64,000 nt of DNA, taken from assembly GCA_964016885.1 (NCBI GenBank), contig OZ024742.1, forward strand, positions 81,902,001-81,966,000, in the 5' to 3' direction. Source of the stretch: Eledone cirrhosa (Eukaryota). Position numbers and translations under genes: made by a program. How positions within the stretch are numbered: position 1 is the first letter of the stretch; each line of letters begins with the position of its first letter. The notes below the pieces were generated by a model. The model ran no database searches, was not told the origin of the DNA, and saw only the letters and a program-made list of their open reading frames with translations. Below are positions 1-12,558 of this stretch, piece by piece.

Positions 1-1154
1 GGGAATCACATGATTGGATGATCAAACTCGTTTTGAAACACGAAAGCACCAAAAGATCATATTCCATTACAAATGATGCACAAAGATACAGTAATGGACT
101 ACAAATTTCAGAAGTCCCATTTACTGCTGAAATGGAAAACACAGAAAAAGCAAAGCAGGTAAAAGTAACTGCAAAGAAAGAACTGCTACAGAAACTGGCT
201 AAGAAATGGCAAGAAAAGCCTCTGTATGGAAAATACCCAGAGCGAGCTAACAATCCTGATGTTGACAAAACTTTAACCCATTAGTGGTTGGCATCCTCTG
301 GACTGAAATCGGAGACTGAAGGACTGATTATATCCGCACAAGATCAGTGTCTGCCAACAAAAAATTGCCAAGCCAACATAATAAAAAATGGGTGCAGCCC
401 ATTATGCCGTGTATGCAAAAAACAACCAGAGACCATTGACCATATAATTTCAATGTGCAGTCCTATAGCTCCAACCGAATACCTAAACAGGCATGACAGG
501 GCTGCACAATACATACATTGGATAATGTGTAAGCATTTTGACCTGCCCCATCAAAAGAATTGGTGGGAGCATCAACCACCTCCCATACTTGTAAAAGATC
601 ACATCTCAATCTTGTGGAACTTTAGCATCCAAACAGACCGAAAAATAGATGCAAATAGACCTGATATAATATTGAAGGACTTTCAAAGGAGGGTATGCCT
701 GTTAATTGATATGTCTGTTCCAATAGACAAGACTGTATCTATAAAAACATTTGAAAAATTGAGCAAGTATAAGGACCTGGAGATAGAAATTGGAAAAATG
801 TGGAAATTGAGAACTAAAACAATACCAGTGGTTGTAGGCGCTCTGGGAATGATACCTAAGGGGTCTAACGACTACTTATCGCAAATCCCAGGAAACCCGC
901 GTATAGGAGAAATACAAAAGATAGTACTAATGGGAACTGCCCATATACTAAGGAAGATCCTGTCAATATAAGTACATCACAAGTCTAAACACTAAGGATG
1001 CATGTGTGAATATGTGTGTTCTTTCTTGAACATGGCGGACCTTGTTGTCTCTTGAGGTCACTGGTTGTGACTTGGTGATAACTCGTATAAACATAAAGCA
1101 AGATAAATGCAAATAATAATTATAATAATAATAATTATAATAATAATAATAATT
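1..1154 (+). mobile_element. 3' part of an R4/Dong-clade non-LTR retrotransposon (RLE type), with 3'UTR and (TAA)n tail
   Basis: ORFs 18-284 and 288-971 are in one frame split by one stop. They contain the CCHC knuckle CRVCKKQPETIDHIISMC, RHD, RPDII..D and IPVVVGALG restriction-like endonuclease motifs. (TAA)n at ~1112-1154. Same family as 52455-54195. Confidence 0.9.
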
Positions 1155-1289
1155 ACAGTTTCAACGCTCAGCAAGCCACAATGCATCACTTTACGGCATA
1201 GGACCCCAATATTTAATATTTAATTTTGGATCAGAAATGTTATAGTCGAAAAAGAGGAAAATGGCAAAATGGCTACGTGGACAGACAGG

Positions 1290-1570
1290 CAAATAATTCC
1301 ACTACCAACACTACCACCACCACCATCACCACTACCACGCCAAAAACTCTAGTCAAGTTACCTCAAGTTCTATTTTATCTTCAACTTCAACACCATCACT
1401 ACAGTACTACGATCACATCACCACCACCACTCCCTCATTATCTCTAACGCCGCTATTCTCTCCCACTACCTACTGCTAAGTACTACTATCTCAGCCTCAC
1501 CACCACCACCACGACCACTGCCTCATTATCGCTACCGCCGCTATTCTCTCACACTACCTCCTGCTAAGAC
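1290..1570. repeat. CAC/TAC low-complexity tract with a ~55-60 bp tandem duplication
   Basis: ccactccctcattatctctaacgccgctattctctcccactacctactgctaag (~1428-1480) recurs with few changes at ~1515-1568. Confidence 0.7.
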
Positions 1571-1862
1571 TTTCATCGTAGTGTCCCCACTAAAAGAAGA
1601 AGGCATCAACAGATATAAATAGACTGATTTGATGACGCGGTCAAAAAATCAAAAAAACAAAAATCAAAATCAAAGCAGCACAGCAACAACGAAAAACGTT
1701 AATAAAAAAAAATGAAAAGAAAAACAAACAGACAGACAGAGAAGGAAAAAAAAACTAAGCCAGACATTCAAACATTACACTACAATGAAAATTATGCTTA
1801 TTCTTTTTTTTTTTTTTACCTATTTGTTTGTTTATTTATGTTCGAGTACAGCGTGATAGTGC

Positions 1863-4800
1863 CACACTAAAATCACCGGGGGGTTATGAAATCACCGGTG
1901 GTTATGTAACCATATATTCACCAATCCTCGATAAGAGTGTTTAAATGTCGAACCTAAACAGTTCGAATAACGGTGAAGTGGCGACTGGAATGTCATGTGA
2001 GAGACTCTCACCCAACAGGTGCTCCCTGGTTCAGCAGCAGGGACCTGGCTGTCAACCAAATACTGCTGGTGTCGGAGGAAGAAGAAAAAGGAAAGGGACC
2101 AGAACAAACTGGACGAAAGAATTGACTAGAACTGTTATGCAATTTTAGCTGAAGAGTAACCCGAAGGAGAAAGGTTATAGGAAACGGATGCATAACATCT
2201 GCAACGAGATTGGTCTATTTAAATTAGATGAACAAAAATTGGCAGGGCAGGCTCGGGTAATAAGAACTAATGGATAGATAAGCGAGCTGGAACTGGAGAG
2301 ACTGAGCAGAGAGATTAGGTTGGAAATGGAATATGCCAGCAAACGAGCCAGTGGGAAATGAAGGTGAAGAGGTTGAGAGAACGGAGGAATCATCCGAAAC
2401 AGACAATGATCTGAATGCTGAAATAAATAATTGTTTCTACTTTAGGCACAAGGCCAGCAAATACCCAGTGCATTACTGGTACTTTATTTTATCGACCCCG
2501 TAAGGATGAAAGGCAAAGTCAACCTCGGCGGGATTTGAACTCAGATCGTAAAGGGACGTAACTATGCTGGAAAGCATGGCGTCCGACCCTCTACCGATAC
2601 TGCCAATCCACCGCAATAGATGATATCTGGAACAAAGATACAGCCATTTAGGAAATGAATGCTGACGGGCTAGGACAAGATTTGGTTGATATCCTAAACT
2701 TAGTGGTAGATGAAATGAACAATGATAGTGGGAAACCTATGAACCTAAAATTTGTAGACATGAAAAAGTTAAAAGAAACAACAGCTAAGGTAAACAAAGT
2801 CATCCCATACCTTGAGGCGAGGAACCTTCACCAATGCAACAATACCCTTAAAGCAACAGCAAATGCGGTTAGGAAATTACTTGGTATAAAAACGAGAGGA
2901 AACAACAAACAAGAACGGTCAGAACTATGGTGGTAGAAACGACTGAATGGTCCAATCAGGAAAATGAGAAATGACATTGGAAAGCTTGGGTCCCTACTGA
3001 ATGGGACACTACAAAACATAGACACTAAAAATAGACTGGAAATAAAGTACAATACTAGGAGGGAAAAGCTAAATATTATCATAGAGGAACTGACGCAACG
3101 CATTGTAGCAAAGAGTCCAAAGATTAGGCGATATGAGAGCAAAGTCAGTCAGTATAGACAGAACAGCATGTTTGACAACAACCAGAAGATGTAGTTTGGA
3201 CAGCTTGAAGGGAAAGAAAGAGGCAATGACTTGATCCCTGAGGCGGAGCAGACTAAGACATACTGGACAGGAATATGGGAGCAGCATGTTGAACATAATG
3301 ATGAGGCAATGTGGATTGAGACAGTATAAAAGGAGATTAGTGAACAGACACACCAACAAACTGATTTGTGTATCACAGTTGAATTTCTTAAAGGGCACAC
3401 CAAAAAGCTAACCAACTGGAAATCAGCAGGCCCAGATAGTATGCAGGGGTATTGGATTAAAAATATAACATCCCTCCACCCGAAACTGACAACCATGTTC
3501 AATGAATGCTTGATGTCGGATGAAGTACAAGAGTGGATGACAAAAGGTACCACAGTTCTGGTAATGAAAGTCCGAATCAAGGGTAATGATGTTACCAACA
3601 ATAGACCTATCACATGTCTGTCCGTAATGTGGAAACTGTTAACAAGCATTGTGTCTGAGGAAATCTACCATCACCTCCACATAAACAACATGTTACCGGG
3701 CGGACAGAAAGAATGCCGAAAGAAGTCCCGTGGTACAAATGTCCAGTTACTTATTGATAAGATGGGAATGAGGAATTGTAAGAGGTGAGACACTGGTATT
3801 GCCTTGGGATGGGTAGACTATAAAAAGTCATTCGACATGGTGCCTCATTCTTGGATAACCAAAAGCTTAGAGATCTTCAAGGTGGCAGAGAACATCAGAC
3901 AGTTGTTGAGCAAAAGTATGAAGTCCTGTAAAACAGAGTTAACATCGGGTGTAGAATCCTTGGGAGGCCTGAAGATCAAGAGAGGTATCTTCCAGGGAGA
4001 TAGTCTGTCCCATCTGTTGTTTCTCCTTGCCCTGATGCCCCTGACCATTATACTGCGAAAGGTTAGAGCAGGTTACAAGTTGGGAAAAGGAGAGCTTACT
4101 ATCAATCACCTCCTCTTCATGGACGATCTTAAGCTCTTCAGGAAGAGTGAGAAGGAGTTGGATGTGTTTGTTGACACTGTCCGTATTTTCAGGAATGATA
4201 TATGTATGAAATTTGGTATTAGAAAGTGTGGAGTCCTTGTGATGCAGAGGGGTAAATTGAGCAGAAGCAACGAAATCCAGCTACCAACAGGTGAGATGAT
4301 AAAGGAAATTGATACTGAAGAAGGATACAAATATTTAGGTGTTCTGGAGGCAGATAACATCAAGAACAAAAGAATGGAGGAATTGATAAGATCTGAGTAC
4401 ATTCGGAGATTAAGGAGCGAATTAAAATCACATCTGAACAGTAGGAATGCCATAAGTGCAGTAAATTCCCGAGCTGTTACTATTATTAGGTACAGTGCGG
4501 GAATTCTTAAATGGAATGTTGCTGAACAAAAAGAAATGGATAGGAAGAATAGGAAGCTATTGACTATCTACAACATGTGCAACAAGAGGAGTGATGTCGA
4601 TAGACTCTACTTAAGGAACATAGAGGTCTGTGTTCAGATGGAGGAAAACAACGTACACAAATACGTGACTGACAGTAGGGAGCCAATGCTAAGAATCGTA
4701 GTGAAGGAGATGAAAATAGACCACGGGATGTCCAAGGAGGAAATAACAACAAGAAGGAAGATTAAACTTCATGAAAAATCACTTCATAGTACCTTCTTTG

Positions 4801-5606
4801 AGAAAACTTAATTTAGAGATCCAGAGACATGGAACTGGTTGAAAAGAGGAAACCTTAAAAATGATACAGAAGGAATGCTAATGGCTGTGCAGGGGCAGGT
4901 CCTCAAATCGAAGTGGGTGAAACACCATATTTACAAGGAGGAGTCTATCCCACGGTGTAGGATCTGTGGAGAGAGAGAGGAGACTGTGGCTTGCATTGTA
5001 TCCGAGTGTAAACACCTAGCCCAGACTCACTGTAAATGCTGGAGGCACGATGCGATGGCACCTATGCAAAGTAAACAATTTACCACATTCTGAGAAGTGG
5101 TATGAGCATAAGCCAGAGTCGGTGACAGAAAACGATCAGGTGAAAGTGCTGTGGGATTTTAGGATACAGACGGACAAGAAACTGGAACAAAATAGACCTG
5201 ACCTGGTGATGTTGGACAAGGACAAAAGATCGTGCCTGATTGTAGATGTAGCCTGCGCATTCGACACAAGAGTGCAAGAGAAGGAGAGGGAGAAAATTAA
5301 CCGATACCAAGACTTAAAGTGGGAGGTACAAATGATTTGGAACTGCCATGAAGTCAAAGTGGTCCCGATTGTCATAGGCGCACTAGGTACTATCTCAAAG
5401 AGTTTCCAATGATGGTTAAAGAAACTTAGTCCAGCCACGCTTTTTGGAACACTTCAAAAGTCATGCTTGCTAGGAACAGCACGAACCCTCCGATACGTCC
5501 TGAATATCTGAGGCTGCAGGTAGTGGGTTGATATTCATTTCAACAAACATTCCAGTTAAATAACATCAATGACTGAGACTCGGAGAACAATAATAATAAT
5601 AATAAT
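1863..5606 (+). mobile_element. Near full-length, decayed R4/Dong-clade LINE (second family)
   Basis: N-terminus RTNWTKEL..GYRKRM; RT motifs WKSAGPD, RPITCL, VDYKKSFDMVPH, GIFQGDSLS, HLLFMDDLK, YKYLG; CRICGEREETVACIVSEC; NRPDLV; VVPIVIGALG; ends in (AAT)n at ~5588-5606. Many stops and frameshifts. 5' boundary approximate. Confidence 0.9.
2428..2614 (-). mobile_element. tRNA-derived SINE inserted in the Dong ORF
   Basis: On the minus strand: A box TGGCAGTATCGG, B box GTTCAAATCC, core gactttgcctttcatccttacggggtcgataaaataaagtaccag, tail agaaacaattatt. Multi-copy in this window. Confidence 0.9.
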
Positions 5607-6290
5607 ATGGAATTTGGTGTTAATAAGTTTGGAGTCCTAGTGATTAGGGGTAAATTGAACTGAAGCCACGGAATCCAGGTACCAACCGGTGAGATGATAA
5701 AGGAAGTCAACACTAAAGGGGTATACAGGTAATTGGATGTCTGGAAACAGATGGCATTAAGAATAACATAATGAAGGAGCTGATAAGATCTGAATACATG
5801 AGGAGTGTAAGGAACATACTGAAATCGCATCTAAATAGTAAGAATATCAAAAGTGCTGTAAATTCCGGAGCTGTGTCTATTAATATTTACAGTGCCGGAA
5901 TTCTCAAACGCAATATTATCGATCAAAATAAATTGATAGGAAGATAAGGAAGTTAATGTCTACCACAAGCGGAGTGATGTTGGCAGACAAGGGTAAATAT
6001 CGGGCCTGATTCTAGATGTAGCCTGTCCCTTTCACACAAGATAAAATTAACTAATACCAGGATTTAAAGTGGCAATTAAAAAGGATTTGGAACTCTCATG
6101 AGATCAAGGTCGGGTTAAAGAACAATAATCCGGCCCACTTCAAAAGGCAAGCTTGCCTGCAGCAACAATTTTCTTCCAATACGAAATGAATATCTGAGGC
6201 TGAAGGTAGCGGATTGATTTTCATTTGATCAAACGTTCCAGTTAAATAACATCAATGACTGAGACACCAAGGAACTAATAATAATTATAA
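5607..6290 (+). mobile_element. 5'-truncated, internally deleted copy of the same Dong family, abutting the (AAT)n tail of the first
   Basis: 5607-5990 aligns by eye to ~4207-4610; 6010-6275 to ~5240-5590 including the 3'UTR cagttaaataacatcaatgactgagac; ends in taataataat. Confidence 0.8.
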
Positions 6291-6837
6291 CAATATCAAC
6301 AACAACTACAAAAAATAATGGAATTGGCTTAATCATTTTCACATACAGTAGAAAAAAAAGCACTTTCTATATATAATAAATTAAAATATAAAAGGAATTA
6401 TGTGGAAATGTTTTTTTTCTGCCCCCAAAACTGACAGTTTGTCTCTAAAGAGGATTATATTTTTTATTTGAAATATACAGTGATAAGGATTTTTTCTTAA
6501 GAGAAATAAATTATGTTTTAATTTAACAAACAATCTGATGTCCTGTTTAGGATGAGATCATTACAAATACATTCCTAAATGAGAAGCGTATTTCATCATT
6601 TGCTATTTAATATTAACGACTATCGTATAATCATCAGCTGTTGCAACCAGGTTAAGTAAATTATAAAGATAATGCTGTTGGTTTGCTGTTGTTTAGTTCT
6701 AGTGTAACTCTGATTGATCAGGGTTATAAGCAAAACCCAGACAGTTAAGATAATTATTTCGTTTTTAAGATATTGTGCATTAAGCAGTCAATTCGTATGG
6801 TGGATTATTAACGATGATTCCTTGTATATATATTTGT

Positions 6838-8089
6838 AAAACAATTGTTTGGAATGAGAGATATATTTTAACTTTAATTATATCTCATAAAATAATACAA
6901 CTGGCTTTTCCACATAATACATATTGTTAGCACCCCAAACACTTAAATTGGGTTTATATTAACATATAACCTAAAGTTTGTTGAGTGAGATACTCTTTTA
7001 CCTGTTTCAGCCATCCGGCTGAGGCCATGCTGGGGCACCGCGGTTACCAGTCAGAGATTAGCTTTAAACTATCTCTGTTATTGTATTAATATTTTACTCT
7101 TGATTGGCCAGAGGTGTTTATTTCCAGGTACCTTATAAATTTGACTTTCCGTAGTTATTACTGTTGTGCGATACTGTGGTTTTTATTGGTTGTAACTTCT
7201 CTGTTTTTTAGCCTAAGAAAATATATATATGCCTATGTATATAATTACATGCATACATTTATTTTTTTAAATTAATTGAGTTCTTTACACGAGGAATTGA
7301 TATTGGTTTTGAAATAACTAATTAACCCGCGTGTGTTTTATATTTTACTCTTAATTCGGCCGGAGATTTACATTCCCATTTGCCCTTTAAAGCATAACTT
7401 TCCGTATTTACTACGGTTACGAGATGCGGTTTCTTATTCAGGTACAACCTCTTATTTTAGCCTAAGAAAATATCTATATGCGTGTGTAATTTATACACGC
7501 ATATATTTATTTTTTTTATTTCAATTGAGTTCTTAACACGTTGGATTGATAATGTTTTCGAAAAAACTGATTAACCCGCGTGTATATTATTTTTTTTCCT
7601 CCTTTCGTGGATCATAGTTGTCTCCCCTTCCCTTTTAGTGACGCTATAATACTTCCTCAGTCAAAAACTGCTGGAATTTCAAATTTGCCGGTCATTCGAT
7701 GCGGGAAGGAGCAACTTAACAGACACGATTTTTAACTGTGGTAAGGAATGTTTTTCTTATATCAAAGTTTAATGGGCTTCCACTGATGATTTATAAACGC
7801 CCACCTAAATATATTCTTACATGAATGTATATTAGGCTTCTACATAAACTGGAAATATACTCCGAATTTGTAGAAAACTTATAATGAAACAATTGTTTGG
7901 AATGAGAGATATATTTTAACTTTAATTATATCTCATAAAATAATAGAACTGGATTTTCCACATAATACATTATGTTAGCACCCCAAACATTTAAATTGGG
8001 TTTATATTAAAATATAACCTAATGTTTGTTGAGTGAGATGGTTACCAGTCAGAGATTAGCTTTAAACTATCTCTGTTATTGTATTAATA
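6838..8089 (+). repeat. ~200 bp direct repeat pair (6838-7091 and 7888-8089) enclosing a second ~135 bp direct repeat (~7206-7343, ~7456-7582)
   Basis: aaacaattgtttggaatgagagatat...ggttaccagtcagagattagctttaaactatctctgttattgtattaat occurs twice; ttttagcctaagaaaata...ttaacccgcgtgt occurs twice. Confidence 0.85.
6992..7041 (-). mobile_element. 50-bp 3'-end fragment of a second SINE-like family
   Basis: actcttttacctgtttcagccatccggctgaggccatgctggggcaccgc is present in repeat copy 1 and absent from copy 2; the same end recurs at ~22023-22054. Confidence 0.65.
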
Positions 8090-8093
8090 TATG

Positions 8094-8164
<71 letters not shown>

Positions 8165-8169
8165 ATATG

Positions 8170-8570
8170 TAAGACTCCTTAGCCTTTGTCAAGGCAGAAT
8201 TCTAGAAGGAAAACTCTGATATAACACCTGCAACCCTGATGGTATCCAATGATGTTGACTTTTTCTTCTTTTTGGTAAATATCATCTTGGTTAAGAGAGT
8301 GGGACTCGCTTTGTGCAGTGCATTTGGTCACTATAAAAGCTTCACGGCACAGGCATTGCTTTATATCTGGAGATCTCTATGCCCTTGTCGTCACATGGTA
8401 CCATGGGCCAGCACTATGTGTCAATAATTGTCACAAGTGTAGTGTTTGTACCAGAGTTTACAAGTTGGAGGCTGGACTAAAAAGTTACACTCGTTCAGCG
8501 CATCGGTAGGGGTTCTCCTACATGGATATAAAGTAGTGGCCGTACTTGAAAACTAGTTGGCAGCCACCAT
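8170..8570 (+). mobile_element. Non-coding dispersed element (RTE 5'UTR-like), 5'-truncated copy
   Basis: Reverse complement of ~41580-41980; contains tctagaaggaaaactctgatataacacc, reminiscent of RTE 5'UTRs; flanked by (TA)n. Confidence 0.7.
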
Positions 8571-8635
8571 GTCGGTATCTATGTATGTATGTTTATATAT
8601 ATATGTATGTATATATATATATATGTATGTATATG

Positions 8636-8710
<75 letters not shown>

Positions 8711-8712
8711 AT

Positions 8713-9780
8713 ATAACCTACAATCTCACTTGGAGCTTACTATCCAGAGCTACCCCTTACACGGGAGGATGCCGTTCGTGTATCTTATGCTCGGAGGAAA
8801 CATTACAAATGTTGTTTTCGATGGACCAACTCTTAAACAAGAAAGACGAACTGTAACCGCAAGCAAACACAGATTGAGTAGGACTTACCTCGCCCTCAAA
8901 CACTATAACTACCCGGGTGGGGGGACAAGGGTTGATACCCCCACTTGCCGAATAAGGTAAGGGAAACCCCAGCTTCATAGGTAGTTATATCTTTTTTCTT
9001 TTCCTATTTGTCTTCTTCTACCCCTGTCTCATCCTATCACTTCCTTCCACCCCTATTTTCTTCCTCGTCTGCTTTTTACCCTTTCGCCTACCCCAATGCA
9101 GCCCATCGGGCCTCGGTAGCATCAGTTCCCCACCCCTGTAATTTTAAGATAGAATTGGCCTAATACGTTTAACTAACTACTTATAGCAGATGTGTTAAAC
9201 CCCTTTAATTTTGTATCAGTTTTGTAGTTTTTTCTATTCCCAACTTATTACCCTGTAATTGTAAGATAGCATTGTGATTTTATTATTTATTTCTCACTGT
9301 CTAATTTTATATTTTTTTTTATTTATTTCTAGTATCTTGTATTGTCTCCCTACTCTCATTCCATTTACCTATTCTTTAACCTCCCTCCTCCACTTCATAC
9401 GCCATCCTTAGAATCTGCTGTATACAAAACACTTTCATCGCCTGACCGCTCCACTCACTCCCTTATTGTTCTACAGGCAAGTTCAGCCACCCCTAACTCC
9501 CATCACATGCCATGATAAATTTATTTGTGTTTACAACAAATTTTAATCAATCCACGTGACAACTACAATCTTCCCATATAAGGAAGTACCCCTTGACAAG
9601 TTCGGCTATTTATTCACCAGGCTAGAAATTCTAATTTAGTCCAGAAATAGCCGTCGAAGCGGCTTGAGCTCTGCTGTCGGGGTCTTACTTTTTCCTATTT
9701 CCCACTCTACTAGTCTAAGTATTGAGTACTCTGGTGCATTATGGTCCATCTGGTTCCTTACCACACTTACTTTGTTGTAT
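8713..9780 (+). mobile_element. 5'-truncated Penelope-like element (Naiad-type GIY-YIG C-terminus, 3'UTR and pLTR)
   Basis: [35 protein letters not shown] matches the C-terminus of the 19577 ORF; C/T-rich UTR; end 9677-9780 recurs inverted at 22315-22420; bounded by (TA)n. Confidence 0.75.
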
Positions 9781-9831
9781 GTATATATATATATGTATAT
9801 ATATATACATATATATACATATATATGTATG

Positions 9832-9869
<38 letters not shown>

Positions 9870-9968
9870 AATGAAGTAATTCCGTCGGAAAAGGCCAGGA
9901 AAAAAGAGTGCACTATGTAAGCAACAGAGCTTAATTATTATTATGTAATAAACAACATAAGGCAATTA

Positions 9969-10028
9969 TTCCATTTACCAGTGGTTTCTTAAAAGGAAAA
10001 GGTTTTGCTTTCAATCCTCAGAATGAAA
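9969..10028 (-). ncRNA. Type I hammerhead ribozyme (apparently intact)
   Basis: Minus strand: tttcatt-CTGAGGA-ttgaaagcaaaa cc ttttccttttaa-GAAA-cc act gg-TA-aatggaa. Stems I, II and III pair; GUA cleavage triplet. Confidence 0.8.
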
Positions 10029-10170
10029 AATTCCTGGTTAGTTTATTGAATTTGGATCTTAAAAAAACAAAAAAAGCAAGCTATATGAAAGTGAGGCTGG
10101 AGAAGGAAGAAGGAAAGGAAAAATAAAATAAGACTACACATACAACCACACATACACGAAAAAACATAAA

Positions 10171-10259
<89 letters not shown>

Positions 10260-10423
10260 ACACACACATACACACACACGCATACACACACACGTTATTC
10301 CGGGTTGAATCGGAGGCAGCCACAGTAAGCAAGGCACGCAGTACACCGCAGAGCATGAAAGTTTTAATATAGATGAGAATCTGTATATGTATACAAACAC
10401 ATACATACACACACACATACACA

Positions 10424-10455
<32 letters not shown>

Positions 10456-10848
10456 TAGACACCCACACACACACACACACGCACACACACACACACGCAT
10501 GTGTATGCGCGCACGCACGCACGCACGCACGCGTATACAAATATAAATATATTTCCCCCATACACATGTGTGTGCGTGCAAGTGTCTCGTGAATTAGATT
10601 ATACTTAGAAAATGTCCACATAATTCCCTAAACCTTCGTCAATTTACTAGAACCTTTAAGAATTTAGCTTTTAAGGTATCTCCCCTTCCTCCAAATCTAT
10701 CTACCATGACTGACCCCATACTGATCTTACAGACACCTGTAAGCCAAAGAGAAACCTAATGATAAGGATTGGCTCCAATCTGAATACAGAAATCTGTCTG
10801 CCTTTGTTCCTCTAAGAACAAACATATACAAACATTCATACAAACATT

Positions 10849-10936
<88 letters not shown>

Positions 10937-11041
10937 TATCTACACACACGCATACATATATATATGTACACACACACATACACACACACACATGTATATA
11001 TACGCACACATATATACACACACGCACACATATATACACGC

Positions 11042-11075
<34 letters not shown>

Positions 11076-11307
11076 GCGCGTGCGTACACGCATACACATA
11101 CGTACACATAGCCATACCCACACATATATATATATTTTTTATACCCCTTATTGTTTCCTTACCTTATAAAATTATGTTTTTTCACAAGAAAGTATTCTGT
11201 CTCTTATATATTCCATGTGCCATTACCAACCTCAATTTTCTCTATAACCTTCGTTTTGTGTAGAAAATTACACTTTTCATATATACTAACCTACGCAAAC
11301 CCGGAAA

Positions 11308-12558
11308 ATGGCACTGGAACAAGACAACACAACTTCAAACTCCAATATCAATGAGGAAATCCTGAAAATCCTAAAAGAGATAAATGGAAAACTCACCATT
11401 CTGACAAAAAAACAGGATATACCCCAAACCACCACACCGACTGACAACCAAATTTATTTAAACGTTCAAAACGTATGCAACTCCATCGAAAAACTTATGA
11501 ATACCAACACAGAACAAACGACATTGCTCCATATCAAAAACCAAATGGGACACCTCTGGAAAAAAACATCTAAAAACCAGAAAATTCACTTTCTGGAATA
11601 TGATAAAAAACCTCAACAAAGCTGGAATTTACCAAAAATGGATTAACTCAACACCGATAGTTTTACCACGTAAAAACCAAATAAACCTGAACCGGAAAGA
11701 AAACTCCGTGAACAAATGTCACTCAACAGGATAAACTAGGAAATAGAACTCCTAAAATTAAGGGCCACCTCAAACGAGCAAGAGTATAAGGATACTGATA
11801 AAAATATGGAGGAAGAATGCACTAAAAAGGCCGAGGGAACAACCCTACACAATTTAATCAAATCGTGGAAACGGGACTGCGAGAATGCAGAAACTATTTC
11901 CCTTAAACGGTGGGAAAAATCCGAAAACTGGTTCCTCAAATATGAAGAAGACTTTAAAAGGACGCACCAAACAGGTAACCCCTTTATAAAGCATTTGAAC
12001 ATAACAAGAACTACAACAGACACATTTACACCACCAAACCCAACACACACTAACCACAGGCACATCCCCCACCAACACAAACCAAATACGGCCAACTACA
12101 CCAAAAGAAACACACCCAACCACCACAACACAGGTTTCCGTAGAAATGCCCCCTACATAAACCAACGACGAAATAACATAGATCCAACTCACAACACACA
12201 CACCATATTCCTCAGAAGAAATCCACCCAGACCACTTGAAATCACAACAGAACTTACCCACAACCACACCAGACATCACCCTCAATCCAACAAAAGACAA
12301 CCCCCCAGCCTCAACACTCTGTACCACAGAAATAACGCACCCAGACCACATGAACCAACAACAGAACCCTTGCTCATCAACAACCACAACACATACCACC
12401 CCCACCATCACATCCACCCTCATGAAACAACAAGCTACAGACCCACACGCAACAGACCAACAAAATATAATCACACACAAAACTACATTCCTTTTTTAGG
12501 GAAAAGCCGGAAATACCAGGATACTCGATGGCCCCCCCTGAGGAGAAACCAAAAATAA
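11308..12558 (+). pseudogene. Upstream ORF1 of the PLE (coiled-coil-like N half, His/Thr/Asn-rich C half), disrupted
   Basis: ORFs 11308-11646 and 11806-12558 can be bridged through WKKHLKTRKFTFWNM..YQKW..LPRK..EIELLKLR with frameshifts and a stop; the ORF overlaps ORF2 in the -1 frame. Confidence 0.6.

Noticed and set aside
7600-7668. Minus-strand CTGAGGA-hairpin-GAAA
   Set aside because: No stem III, cleavage triplet or stem I.
9590-9668. TTGACAA-long stem-GAAG in a PLE 3' end
   Set aside because: Position fits a hammerhead relic, but three core substitutions and no stem I; not callable.
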